NCBI GenBank assembly: GCA_964633865.1
Contig: CAZWIJ010000001.1
Span: forward strand, 66,352 to 130,351
Length of the DNA stretch: 64,000 nucleotides
Reading direction: 5' to 3'
DNA from: an uncultured Candidatus Saccharibacteria bacterium
GTDB lineage: Bacteria > Patescibacteriota > Minisyncoccia > SW-4-49-11
Positions within the stretch are counted from its first letter, which is position 1. Every line of letters starts with the position of its first letter. A program made the translations under genes and the position numbers. The notes under the pieces were generated by a model that was not told the DNA's origin, ran no database searches, and saw nothing but the letters and a program-made list of their open reading frames with translations. Shown here piece after piece: positions 29,967-39,504 of this stretch.

Positions 29967-30857
29967 CTAAATTGAATTTATAATCAAAAATACTCCTAAA
30001 ATAAATCTATATATAACAAAAACTAAGAATGATTGTTTTTGAATAAATTTATATAAAATATGAATACTAACTAAAGTACCAATAATAGAAAACATAAAAG
30101 ATAAAATTACTTCCAATGACATCTGATAATCATTTATAAAAGAAGGAATCTCTACTATTGTTGCAATAAGAATAACTGGGGCTCCTAGCAAAAAAGCAAA
30201 TGTAGCTGCATCTTTTCTTTTAAGACCAACAAAGAGACTTGCCATAATGGTTGACCCAGACCTTGAGAATCCAGGAATAAGCGACATAACTTGTCCAAAT
30301 CCTATCAAAATTATTTTTCCAAAACCTATATTCTCTATATTATATTTTTGTTTGGATATAATTTCAGCTATATAAAGTAATCCTCCTCCCAAAATTAATG
30401 AAACACCAATCATAAAATTATTCTCCAGATTTTTGTTCAAAAAATCTTTAATAAAAAATGCTATGACTAAAACAGGAATTGTTGCTAAAATTAAATTAAA
30501 ACCTAAGATAAATTGCTTTTTGGAATTATAATAAAATTCATTTTTTCCATAATCAACTGTCATTCTACTAAATCTAGGTAATTTATTTTTTAATTTAGAT
30601 TTATTGTTTTCTTTTAACCAAGTATAAATTGTAATTTTGACAAAATTAAGAGTTCCAACCACTAAATCAAGCCAAATATCATAAAAATAAATCATGATAG
30701 CTATCCAAGAACCAAAATTCATTATTACATTAAAAGATATATCTGGTTTTTCACCAAATAATTGAGTAAATAAAATTATATGAGCCGTGCTTGATACAGG
30801 TAATATTTCTGTTATACCTTGAATTAACCCTAGTATTATAGCTTCCCAAATACTCAT
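29967..30857 (-). CDS. uppP: Undecaprenyl-diphosphatase (BacA)
   Basis: GLIQGITEILPVSSTAHI and GFSRSGSTI motifs; 8 TM helices. Confidence 0.85.
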   Translation of the reverse strand: MSIWEAIILGLIQGITEILPVSSTAHIILFTQLFGEKPDISFNVIMNFGSWIAIMIYFYDIWLDLVVGTLNFVKITIYTWLKENNKSKLKNKLPRFSRMTVDYGKNEFYYNSKKQFILGFNLILATIPVLVIAFFIKDFLNKNLENNFMIGVSLILGGGLLYIAEIISKQKYNIENIGFGKIILIGFGQVMSLIPGFSRSGSTIMASLFVGLKRKDAATFAFLLGAPVILIATIVEIPSFINDYQMSLEVILSFMFSIIGTLVSIHILYKFIQKQSFLVFVIYRFILGVFLIINSI

Positions 30858-31309
30858 AGATCTAAATTATTCTTTATATCTTGCCAACTTTTAAACAAAT
30901 AAGCATTTATATTATTATTTTTAAACAATTCTATAGTTGAATCAGTATCATCTAAAAATAACTCTATATTTATTTCTTTTGCAATATCTAATTTTCTTTG
31001 TTCAAAGTTAGACTTTAAACCTACACAATATAAATTATCATAATCTATCTTTGCTATATCTCTTAACCAAATTTCTGTATACTTGTAAAATTCTTTTGGT
31101 CTAGCTGTAATTATAGAAATTTTATGTTTTTTTGCTATTTCTCTTGCAATCTCAATGTCGATTTGTAATGAACGATTCAAAGTCCAATGTCTAATAACTT
31201 GAGGTAAAAAAAAGTTAAATATTCCCAATAAAAACCTTACCCCTAATCTTGATACATGTGTTGGATCTTTTTTACTAAGTACACCATCAATATCATAACC
31301 TATATGCAT
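30854..31309 (-). CDS. HAD-superfamily hydrolase (5'(3')-deoxyribonucleotidase-like)
   Basis: Motif I DIDGVL; ITARP; distal DD. Confidence 0.4.
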   Translation of the reverse strand: MHIGYDIDGVLSKKDPTHVSRLGVRFLLGIFNFFLPQVIRHWTLNRSLQIDIEIAREIAKKHKISIITARPKEFYKYTEIWLRDIAKIDYDNLYCVGLKSNFEQRKLDIAKEINIELFLDDTDSTIELFKNNNINAYLFKSWQDIKNNLDL

Positions 31310-31321
31310 GTATTATAAAGT

Positions 31322-32017
31322 TTAATTTTTATATTTAAGTTCAAGTAAGATTTTTGCGGCCTGCTGTTCTGCTTTTTGCTTTGAAGATCCAATTCCTCTT
31401 GCTAATTCTATTTCATTCATAAATACAGCAACTTCAAATGTTTTACTATGATCTGGACCCCACTGACTCATAACTTTATATGATGGTGTGATAGAAAATT
31501 TCTCTTGCATTTTTTCTTGTAATAAACTTTTAGAGTCTACAAATAAATTATTCTGTATAATATCTTCTAGATCAACTATTATATATTTATTTAAAAATAC
31601 ATTCACAACTTCAAGCCCACCATCAATATACATAGCAGCTATAATAGATTCAACAGCATTAGATGTAATATAGTCTTTAGATAATAAGTCATTTTTTTCT
31701 CCTCTTGACATTTGAAGATAAGATTCTAAATTTATCTTTTTTGCAACCTTAGCTAAATTTTCACCTTTTACTAACGCTGCTCTATAATTAGTCATTTCTC
31801 CTTCTGTACTATTTATATAATTTTTAAACAAAAATTCAGTTATAAGTAACTCTAATACAGCATCTCCTAAGAATTCTAATCTTTCATTATGATCCAAATT
31901 AAAATCAGGATTTTCATTTAGAAATGATCTATGAGTCAAAGCTTCAATGATTAAATTTTTATTTTTAAATGTATACCCTATTTTCTTTTCTAAGTCTGAT
32001 ATTTTTTTTATATTCAT
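31322..32017 (-). CDS. rnc: Ribonuclease III
   Basis: ERLEFLGDAVLEL catalytic signature plus C-terminal dsRBD. Confidence 0.85.
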   Translation of the reverse strand: MNIKKISDLEKKIGYTFKNKNLIIEALTHRSFLNENPDFNLDHNERLEFLGDAVLELLITEFLFKNYINSTEGEMTNYRAALVKGENLAKVAKKINLESYLQMSRGEKNDLLSKDYITSNAVESIIAAMYIDGGLEVVNVFLNKYIIVDLEDIIQNNLFVDSKSLLQEKMQEKFSITPSYKVMSQWGPDHSKTFEVAVFMNEIELARGIGSSKQKAEQQAAKILLELKYKN

Positions 32018-32019
32018 AA

Positions 32020-32532
32020 TTAATTAACTATATCTTGTTCATTTTCTTCCACAACAGCTTCATTTATTTTAATTTTTTTATCTTCCGTATCTATAAGATT
32101 ATATCCTTTTGAATCTAAATCATTTACTAAACCACCTAGTACACCATTAATAAACTTACTTGCTGGCTTTCCGCTAAACATTTTACTAAGCTCAATCGCT
32201 TCATTTATAGCCACTTTAAAAGGTATATCTTGATCATTGTAAAATAATATTTCAAATAAAGCAATTCTAAGTATATTTCTTTCAACTAAAGAAATAGTTT
32301 CTATATTCCAACCATTAGAATACTTAGATATCGTCTCATCAATCTCTGATTTATTTTTAATAATACCAGAAATAACTTCTTTTATATAAGAAGTATCTGT
32401 TAAATCAAATGAGAATCTACTGATGCTTTCAGATATAACATCCCATAGATTTTCATGAAACCATCTATCAGTAACATCTATCTGATATAATATCTGCATA
32501 GTTGTAGATCTCAATAAATGTCTATTTGCCAT
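32020..32532 (-). CDS. nusB: Transcription antitermination factor NusB
   Basis: RSTTMQILYQ... and ILRIALFEI...AINEAIELSK...KFINGVLG motifs. Confidence 0.75.
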   Translation of the reverse strand: MANRHLLRSTTMQILYQIDVTDRWFHENLWDVISESISRFSFDLTDTSYIKEVISGIIKNKSEIDETISKYSNGWNIETISLVERNILRIALFEILFYNDQDIPFKVAINEAIELSKMFSGKPASKFINGVLGGLVNDLDSKGYNLIDTEDKKIKINEAVVEENEQDIVN

Positions 32533-32577
32533 ATTTTTTGGGTTTTATAATGTACTAAATTATTTATTTAAAATGTA

Positions 32578-32739
32578 TTATTTTTTTACTTCTGGTTTTA
32601 TAAGAGAATCTTGTCTATCATAAAACTTCTTTAATCTATGAGAAACTCCATTCAAACTAGCCTCAATGTTTTTTATTGCATGATGAGATCTTCTTTTAGA
32701 AGTTCTTGTTTGTGACATCCTTTTCTTTGGTACTGGCAT
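32578..32739 (-). CDS. rpmF: 50S ribosomal protein L32 (53 aa); absent from the ORF track
   Basis: Manual translation MPVPKKRMSQTRTSKRRSHHAIKNIEASLNGVSHRLKKFYDRQDSLIKPEVKK; the PVPKKR-TS--R-KRRSHHAL signature of bL32. Confidence 0.6.
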   Translation of the reverse strand: MPVPKKRMSQTRTSKRRSHHAIKNIEASLNGVSHRLKKFYDRQDSLIKPEVKK

Positions 32740-32831
32740 ATTATTATCTTTAAGCTTATAGTTAAGTACTATTTGATATACATTCTACTAAATTATACAT
32801 TAATTGTCAATGTATTTATATATATTTATAA

Positions 32832-33131
32832 TTACTCTTGATTTATATCATCATACATACTTTCTGTTGGCAAAATATAACTATCATTATTTCCTTCATC
32901 AATTTCTTCTATGGAGGTTGATGGTTCTGTCTGAGCTTCTGTTATAATTTCTTCACTATACTTTGATGCTAAGTTATTATAAAGAGATCTAGTTTGACTT
33001 AATTCTGCTTTTAAATTATCAATTTCCACTGATTTTTGATTTAGACTTATGTCTTTTGATACATAACCTATTATAAGTGAGACTACAGTTATAGATAAAA
33101 TTAGTTGTATTGCTTGTGTTGAATGTTTCAT
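32832..33131 (-). CDS. FtsB/FtsL/DivIC-like septum-formation protein (TM helix + coiled coil)
   Basis: Bitopic topology; heptad-like LKAELSQTRSLYNNLASKY. Confidence 0.35.
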   Translation of the reverse strand: MKHSTQAIQLILSITVVSLIIGYVSKDISLNQKSVEIDNLKAELSQTRSLYNNLASKYSEEIITEAQTEPSTSIEEIDEGNNDSYILPTESMYDDINQE

Positions 33132-33217
33132 ATATTAAAATTTATTACTTAATTATTATAAATAAATTATACCACACTTTTAATGAATAAAATATCTTTT
33201 ATTTATCCACAGGTATT

Positions 33218-35134
33218 TTATTCAGTTATAGAATATTCTGTTTTAATTTCTTCTAACTTAGAATCTAAAACTTTCCCATCTTTTAATGTTTTGGCTGTAT
33301 ATTCTACTTGATTAACTACTGTTGGACCTTTTCCAGCTGAGTTGTTTGTATCAGACTTTTGATTTATTGAAGGAGTAAATTGTATTTGAAAAGCTAATTT
33401 AATATTTTGGTTTTTATTTACACCAGATGGGACATCTCCTAAATTCCAAAAAACTTCTTTAGTCCTATCATTATATGTGAATTTACCATATCCAAAATTA
33501 TTATGAATACCTGTAGCTACAACATTTTCTGGTAAATATGTTCTAAAAGTCATATCACTTATATCTTCATTCGTTTCTTCAATTTCCCAGATAACAGTCA
33601 TTGTAGTAGGTACTGAAACTTTATGAGGAATTGGTCCTGAATTAATTATATTAGGAATAGAATTATCATATAATAATTGGTTTTTTACAATAAGTGGTAT
33701 TTTTTCCTCAACTTTTGGTCTTTCTATAGAAACTATAGAATCACTACCTTGAATCACCTTGTTAACTCCTAAAGCTGTTGGGATTTGATAACTCTCAAAT
33801 AAAGAAAAGGTTGAGACTTTATAATCAATATTTTGTAATTCTTGTTCTGTTAAATCTTTTCTTAAAGATATATTATAACTAACTCTACCTGTTGCATTGG
33901 GAGGAAAAATCTCTAATATTGGTAATGTGTTTGCTCTCCATGTAATTGTTTTTGAGTTGAAATCAAAATCCCCTCCCCCTGTATTTAATGTTGAAAAATC
34001 AAATACATCACTTTTAAACACAGCTTTTATAATTCCTTCTCTAATTGGAACTAAAGTATTATTTTTAATTGTTATTGAATATTTTATATCTTGATCTTTT
34101 TTAATAGTTGAAGGATAAAAATTTTCTATACTAACAAAAGCTTCCGCTATCCTTGTTATTCCTTCATCAATTCCATATACTACAAACTTATCATCTATAA
34201 CTTTACCAATTTGTCCTTTTACTGATTTTCTTTCTGATTGATTACCTATTAATTCACCTCTTATTGTAAAATCGTACCTCCCATTACCTTTTAATATTGG
34301 TATTTTGAAAACATTATTATCTTTTGATGCTTCTTTTGTTATATCTATAATTTTTAAAGTTTCTGGATATTCTAATCTTAATTCAAGATCGCTTAAGTCT
34401 TGACTTTTTTTATTATTAAGAGTTATTTTATATTCAACTACCTCACCACTAGCAACATCAAATGGAGCAGCAATATCTAGTATAATTGGGTTATCTATTA
34501 TATTAATTTTATACTCAGAACTTTGTTTTAATTTTGTAGGAACTCTTTCAGAGTTATATAAAAAATTTGTACTGATAGTATGAATTGTATTTTTCTCTGC
34601 TAATATACTCCCTTTAATTTTGATTAATATTTCTTCTTTTGGATCCATTTTTTGAATCACAAATCTCTGACTTTCTGATATTTTTTCTATATCATTTTCA
34701 TAAATAAATACTTGTTTATTCATAATAGTATCTGGTAGATTTATATCTATCTGAATATCTTTTATAGAAACATCATTATTATTTTTATATTTAACCAAAT
34801 ATTCTGTCTCTTCGGTAGCAACTAGTGAGGAATTTCCTTCAAAAGAAATTATGATATTATTCTCTACAAACCTTGACAAATAAAATTGATAAACTTGATT
34901 AATAACAAAAATGGTTACTATTATTAGAATCCCTCCTCCTAAAAACAATGTGAGTATTTTTTTATATTTAGATAAAAATGGTGTATCAGCTTCTTTAAAT
35001 TTTTGATACTCTAATTTATCATTTGATAAATTCTGATTGTATATAGTGTATTTAGTTAGATTTTTTCTATCAGAGTCAAGTTTTGCTCTAGTTTCTCTTC
35101 TATATATATTTTTTTCTAAATCTTTTAAACTCAT
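33218..35134 (-). CDS. Large (638-aa) bitopic membrane protein of unknown function
   Basis: Single TM helix around residues 60-80; long extracytoplasmic region with no recognisable motifs. Confidence 0.45.
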   Translation of the reverse strand: MSLKDLEKNIYRRETRAKLDSDRKNLTKYTIYNQNLSNDKLEYQKFKEADTPFLSKYKKILTLFLGGGILIIVTIFVINQVYQFYLSRFVENNIIISFEGNSSLVATEETEYLVKYKNNNDVSIKDIQIDINLPDTIMNKQVFIYENDIEKISESQRFVIQKMDPKEEILIKIKGSILAEKNTIHTISTNFLYNSERVPTKLKQSSEYKINIIDNPIILDIAAPFDVASGEVVEYKITLNNKKSQDLSDLELRLEYPETLKIIDITKEASKDNNVFKIPILKGNGRYDFTIRGELIGNQSERKSVKGQIGKVIDDKFVVYGIDEGITRIAEAFVSIENFYPSTIKKDQDIKYSITIKNNTLVPIREGIIKAVFKSDVFDFSTLNTGGGDFDFNSKTITWRANTLPILEIFPPNATGRVSYNISLRKDLTEQELQNIDYKVSTFSLFESYQIPTALGVNKVIQGSDSIVSIERPKVEEKIPLIVKNQLLYDNSIPNIINSGPIPHKVSVPTTMTVIWEIEETNEDISDMTFRTYLPENVVATGIHNNFGYGKFTYNDRTKEVFWNLGDVPSGVNKNQNIKLAFQIQFTPSINQKSDTNNSAGKGPTVVNQVEYTAKTLKDGKVLDSKLEEIKTEYSITE

Positions 35135-35156
35135 TTTATTTAGTAAGATTAGATTA

Positions 35157-36359
35157 TTATTTTAACTCTTCCAATGCTCTCTCTAATTGAGGATCTCTAT
35201 CTTCTTGATAATCTTCCTTTGATATCTCTATTTTAATATCTGGTTCTATTCCTTCTTTATCAATAGTAATCCCATTTGGAGTCAACCATTTTGCAACTGT
35301 ATATTTTAATACAGAATCATCATCAAACTCTTTGATTTGTTGAACAACACCTTTCCCAAATGTTTTTTGGCCTATTAATTTTGTATTATTTAAATCCTTT
35401 AAAGCTCCTGCTGTGATTTCTGAAGCACTTGCCGAACCTTCATTTATTAATAAAACAAGATTCATATCTTCAAATTGATTATCTTTTCTTGTTTTAAAAA
35501 CTTGCATAATTTTTTCATCTCTACCTTGTTCAGTAACAACAACCTTATCTTTACCTACGAATAAATCAACTAAATCTACAGATGAATCTAGATAACCACC
35601 TGTATTATATCTTAAATCTAATACTACTTTGGTTATCTTTGAATTTCTCAACTCAAGTAATTTTTCTTCTACTTGTTTTGCTGTATCTTTTTGGAATGTA
35701 CTTACTTTGATAATACCTACATCATTCTTTATTTCAAACTCTACATTAGGAACAATAATTACATCTCTTTTAATTTTTATTTCTAAATTCTCTAAATCTC
35801 TTCTAATTGTTAATTTAACTTCTGTATCTTTTTCTCCTCTTATTTTTGTGACAGCTTCTTCAACTGTCATACCTTTTGTACTTAAATCATCTATAGCAAG
35901 AATCTTATCTTTTGGTAGAATGCCAGCTTTATCAGCTGGGGTATCTTTGAGAGGACTTACTACAATTAATTGTTCTTCTCTAATACCTATTTCAGCTCCT
36001 ATTCCTTCAAATGTTCCATTCAGACTATCCATAAATTCTTTATATTCATCTTTAGAAAAGTAAACAGTATAAGGGTCTTCTAGGGAAGAAACCATACCCT
36101 TAATAGCACCTTCTCTTAACTTATTTTCATCAAAAGACTTATCTTTATAAAGAGAATTATTTTGTAAAAATTTTGATACCTCTTCTAAGGATGCTGAATA
36201 GCTTATATCAGAAGATTCATTCTCAAAAATATTAGTTAATAAATTAGTACTAATATTACTTTTAAAAGATTGACTTGGGTTATAATTAAATATTAATGCA
36301 CCCAAAAGAAATGATATTGCCATTAATAATAATGTTTGAATAATTGAAAGATATTTCAT
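35157..36359 (-). CDS. ctpA: Carboxy-terminal processing protease (S41) with PDZ domain
   Basis: GIGAEIG, PDZ segment and VLLINEGSASASEI catalytic-Ser region. Confidence 0.8.
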   Translation of the reverse strand: MKYLSIIQTLLLMAISFLLGALIFNYNPSQSFKSNISTNLLTNIFENESSDISYSASLEEVSKFLQNNSLYKDKSFDENKLREGAIKGMVSSLEDPYTVYFSKDEYKEFMDSLNGTFEGIGAEIGIREEQLIVVSPLKDTPADKAGILPKDKILAIDDLSTKGMTVEEAVTKIRGEKDTEVKLTIRRDLENLEIKIKRDVIIVPNVEFEIKNDVGIIKVSTFQKDTAKQVEEKLLELRNSKITKVVLDLRYNTGGYLDSSVDLVDLFVGKDKVVVTEQGRDEKIMQVFKTRKDNQFEDMNLVLLINEGSASASEITAGALKDLNNTKLIGQKTFGKGVVQQIKEFDDDSVLKYTVAKWLTPNGITIDKEGIEPDIKIEISKEDYQEDRDPQLERALEELK

Positions 36360-36366
36360 AGTATTG

Positions 36367-37197
36367 TTATTTAATTAATCTTGGATTAAATTTTCTAAAA
36401 GTTTTCTTAAAATATGTGAAACCATCTTTTATATGAATTTTATAAGCTCTATTAAAGAAAAGTTTTTTAATAAAATTTTCATCTCTACTTGACTTTCTAT
36501 GATAATGATAAATTTTTACTTCTGGATAATAAATTACTTTATATGAATTTTCCCATAACTTCCAGGCTAAATAAGTATCTGACAAATATAAAAACATATC
36601 TTCATCTAAATGACCTATTTCATCCATAACCTTTTTAGGAAACATAATAGCTGCTCCTAAAACCCAATCTACTTCTCTAGTTGTTGTATGATCCCAATCC
36701 TTCATTGTAAAATAACTCAACTTTTTCTTTGCAAATGGAAGCAATCCTAAAAAGGTTCTTCTATATAAAGCGATATCTGGTGTAATAAATCTATAAGCTG
36801 ATTCTTGAATAGATCCATCAAAGTTTAATAGTTGAGGACCAATTATACCAACATCTTTATTATTTTCTAAATATTTAACCATCTTTTCAACTACACCTTC
36901 CTTTAAAATTACATCTGAATTTATATTAAATATATATTCAGCATTTGTATGTTTTATAACCTGATTGACTCCTTTTGTATACCCTGAATTATATTTCATC
37001 TTAATTATCTTAACATCAGGAAATTTTCTACTAATCTCATATATTGTATCTTCTTGATCTATTGAATGATTATCTAAAAATACTATTTGATAAGGAATAG
37101 TTATATTTGATTCAATTATATTTTTTAAACAATATAAAGATAATTCTTTAGTATTATAATTAACAATTGTAATAGCTAACTTGTACTTTTTATCCAT
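36367..37197 (-). CDS. Glycosyltransferase family 2
   Basis: LAITIVNYNT...FLDNHSID and SDV (DxD) motifs. Confidence 0.7.
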   Translation of the reverse strand: MDKKYKLAITIVNYNTKELSLYCLKNIIESNITIPYQIVFLDNHSIDQEDTIYEISRKFPDVKIIKMKYNSGYTKGVNQVIKHTNAEYIFNINSDVILKEGVVEKMVKYLENNKDVGIIGPQLLNFDGSIQESAYRFITPDIALYRRTFLGLLPFAKKKLSYFTMKDWDHTTTREVDWVLGAAIMFPKKVMDEIGHLDEDMFLYLSDTYLAWKLWENSYKVIYYPEVKIYHYHRKSSRDENFIKKLFFNRAYKIHIKDGFTYFKKTFRKFNPRLIK

Positions 37198-37202
37198 AAT
37201 TT

Positions 37203-38321
37203 TTATAAGGTTTTTTGAGTTTCCTTAGATTCCTCTTCTTTAGAATCAATAGTTTTGTCTTGATTTACTTCTTCATTAGAAATCTCATTTTCACTTTCTG
37301 ATACAGTAGCAAATATATTTTGAATGTCTTCCTGAAAAACTGAAAAATTACCAGCTCTAGGTATTATTATATACCCTAAGCCTTCATCCGTCTTAGAAGT
37401 AAAAGGTCCATCAGCTGAAGTATCATAACCTTTTTCTATAATAGAGTTTAAATCCAATTTTCCAACTAAATCTAATGAACTTTTCATTTCATCAACTGAC
37501 ATATCTGTCTTTACATGATTTCCCAAAGATTCCAATGTTTCCAATAAAAATACTGGATTACTAAAAATGCCTTTAGCTTCAGCTTTGTCTTTTATAGCAT
37601 TAATAACTTCTCTTTGTCTTCTTGATCTATCAAAATCATTGGTACTTAGTCTTGCCCATACATATTTTAAAGCTTTATCACTATCCATTTCATTTAAACC
37701 TTTTTTCACTCTAATTCCACCTTCATAATTTGGATCATAAAAGTCTTCAGCTGCATCCACAGTTATACCATCCAAAGAATCAATAATCCCTTTAAAAGCG
37801 GTAAAGTCTATGGTTGCACCATAATGAATCTGCATTCCTGTAGTCTCTGATAAAGTACTTTTTGCAAACTCTAATCCTTTATCACCATTATCTTGACCAA
37901 GAGCATGAGCTGCATTTAATTTAACAAATCCTTTATATCCAGGGATAGTAACTCTTAAATCTCTTGGGATAGATATCATAGCTGCCTTATTTGTGTTTTG
38001 ATCAATAGATAATATTATAATTGAATCTGTTAATGTTCCTCCGTTAGGATCATTTTCACCTCTCATACCTAAAATTAGTATATTTGTTCTTCCATTTTCA
38101 TTAGCTAATAGATCTTTTTTTCCTGGCAAAAAGGTTTTAGCTGTCTCAAAAATAGAATTAGACTCACCAGTTATATTATTTAAAGTATTATTAGCTCTAT
38201 TTGCAAAAATAAAGAATATAATCCCTCCAGAAAAAATTAAAACCAAAATACTTGTTACTATAAATTTTTTCCAAGTCCACTTAGTTAATAAACTTTTTAA
38301 CTTATTTTCTTTTTTTAACAT
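37203..38321 (-). CDS. LytR-CpsA-Psr (LCP) family protein, second copy
   Basis: TNILILGMRGENDPNGGTLTDSIIILSID, SIPRD, ALKYVWARL and RSRRQRE motifs. Confidence 0.75.
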   Translation of the reverse strand: MLKKENKLKSLLTKWTWKKFIVTSILVLIFSGGIIFFIFANRANNTLNNITGESNSIFETAKTFLPGKKDLLANENGRTNILILGMRGENDPNGGTLTDSIIILSIDQNTNKAAMISIPRDLRVTIPGYKGFVKLNAAHALGQDNGDKGLEFAKSTLSETTGMQIHYGATIDFTAFKGIIDSLDGITVDAAEDFYDPNYEGGIRVKKGLNEMDSDKALKYVWARLSTNDFDRSRRQREVINAIKDKAEAKGIFSNPVFLLETLESLGNHVKTDMSVDEMKSSLDLVGKLDLNSIIEKGYDTSADGPFTSKTDEGLGYIIIPRAGNFSVFQEDIQNIFATVSESENEISNEEVNQDKTIDSKEEESKETQKTL

Positions 38322-38325
38322 AAAT

Positions 38326-39432
38326 TTAAATTGATTCTAATATATTTAAAGTTTCTTTGGCTGTCTTTTCCCAAGAAAATTCTTGCGATCTTTGATGACA
38401 ATACTCTTTAATTTTATCATATAAATCTTTATTTTTTAATACTGTTAAAATTTTTTCTTTAATATCTTCTGGATTTAATGGATCAAAAGTAAGATTGATG
38501 TCTCCAACAATCTCAAGTAAGGATGGTGTGTTTGATACTAAAGTAGGTAATCCACAAGCTCCAGCTTCTAATATTGGCAATCCAAAACCTTCGTATAAAG
38601 ATGGTAATACAAATAATTTTGCTCCCCATAAAAGTGGTACTAACTCTTTATCTTGAAATCTTCCTGTAAATATAATATCTTCATTCATAAGATCTTTTAC
38701 TTCTTCCATAACTTCATCTATTAGCCAAGCACTCGCACCAGCTATTACTAATTGAATTTCTTTATATTCTTTTTTTAACTCGATAAATCCTCTTATCAAA
38801 TTTTGAACATTCTTACGAGGTTGAACATTCCCCACATAAATAATATAAGGTTTAGTAATTTTATACTTGCCTAAAACTTCTTTTATTAATGGTTTATCTT
38901 GATCATTCATCAATCTAAATTTGTTTTTATCTACACCATGATAAACAACACTTATTTTTGATTCGGGAACATTATATTCTTTCAAGATATCATTTTTGGT
39001 AGCTTCAGTAATTGCGATTAAGTGATCTGCTTTATATATAGCTTCTTTAACATAAATTTTATGCAAAATCCTATCCTTTAATGGAAAGGTCTCTGGATAA
39101 TAAAGAAAAGCTAAATCATGAATTGTAACAACAGATTTTTGGTTTTTATCCTTTAGAAATGGTAACATTTGAATTGGCATAAATAAAAGATCAGGTTTAT
39201 CTTTTTTTAATATTTGGGGGAAAACTCTTTGAGTCCAAGCAAAGGGTTTTGTATTAATAATATGATAAAAATTAGGAGCTTCTATTTTTTTATTTGATTC
39301 TTTTGAATAATAAAAATTATATTCATTTTTATTATCAATTTTAGCTAAATTTTTAAAAAGATTTATTATATAAGTTTGATTACCATCTTCTCTTTCTTGA
39401 GAAAGATGCGATGCATGAACTGCTATTTTCAT
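38326..39432 (-). CDS. Glycosyltransferase family 1 (GT4-like)
   Basis: C-terminal PSLYEGFGLPILEAGACGLPTLVSN signature. Confidence 0.75.
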   Translation of the reverse strand: MKIAVHASHLSQEREDGNQTYIINLFKNLAKIDNKNEYNFYYSKESNKKIEAPNFYHIINTKPFAWTQRVFPQILKKDKPDLLFMPIQMLPFLKDKNQKSVVTIHDLAFLYYPETFPLKDRILHKIYVKEAIYKADHLIAITEATKNDILKEYNVPESKISVVYHGVDKNKFRLMNDQDKPLIKEVLGKYKITKPYIIYVGNVQPRKNVQNLIRGFIELKKEYKEIQLVIAGASAWLIDEVMEEVKDLMNEDIIFTGRFQDKELVPLLWGAKLFVLPSLYEGFGLPILEAGACGLPTLVSNTPSLLEIVGDINLTFDPLNPEDIKEKILTVLKNKDLYDKIKEYCHQRSQEFSWEKTAKETLNILESI

Positions 39433-39504
39433 ATTAATTATAGTTTAAAATTATTCTTATAAATTATAACATACTGAGTTTATAAAAGATAGAATTTTAT
39501 TATT

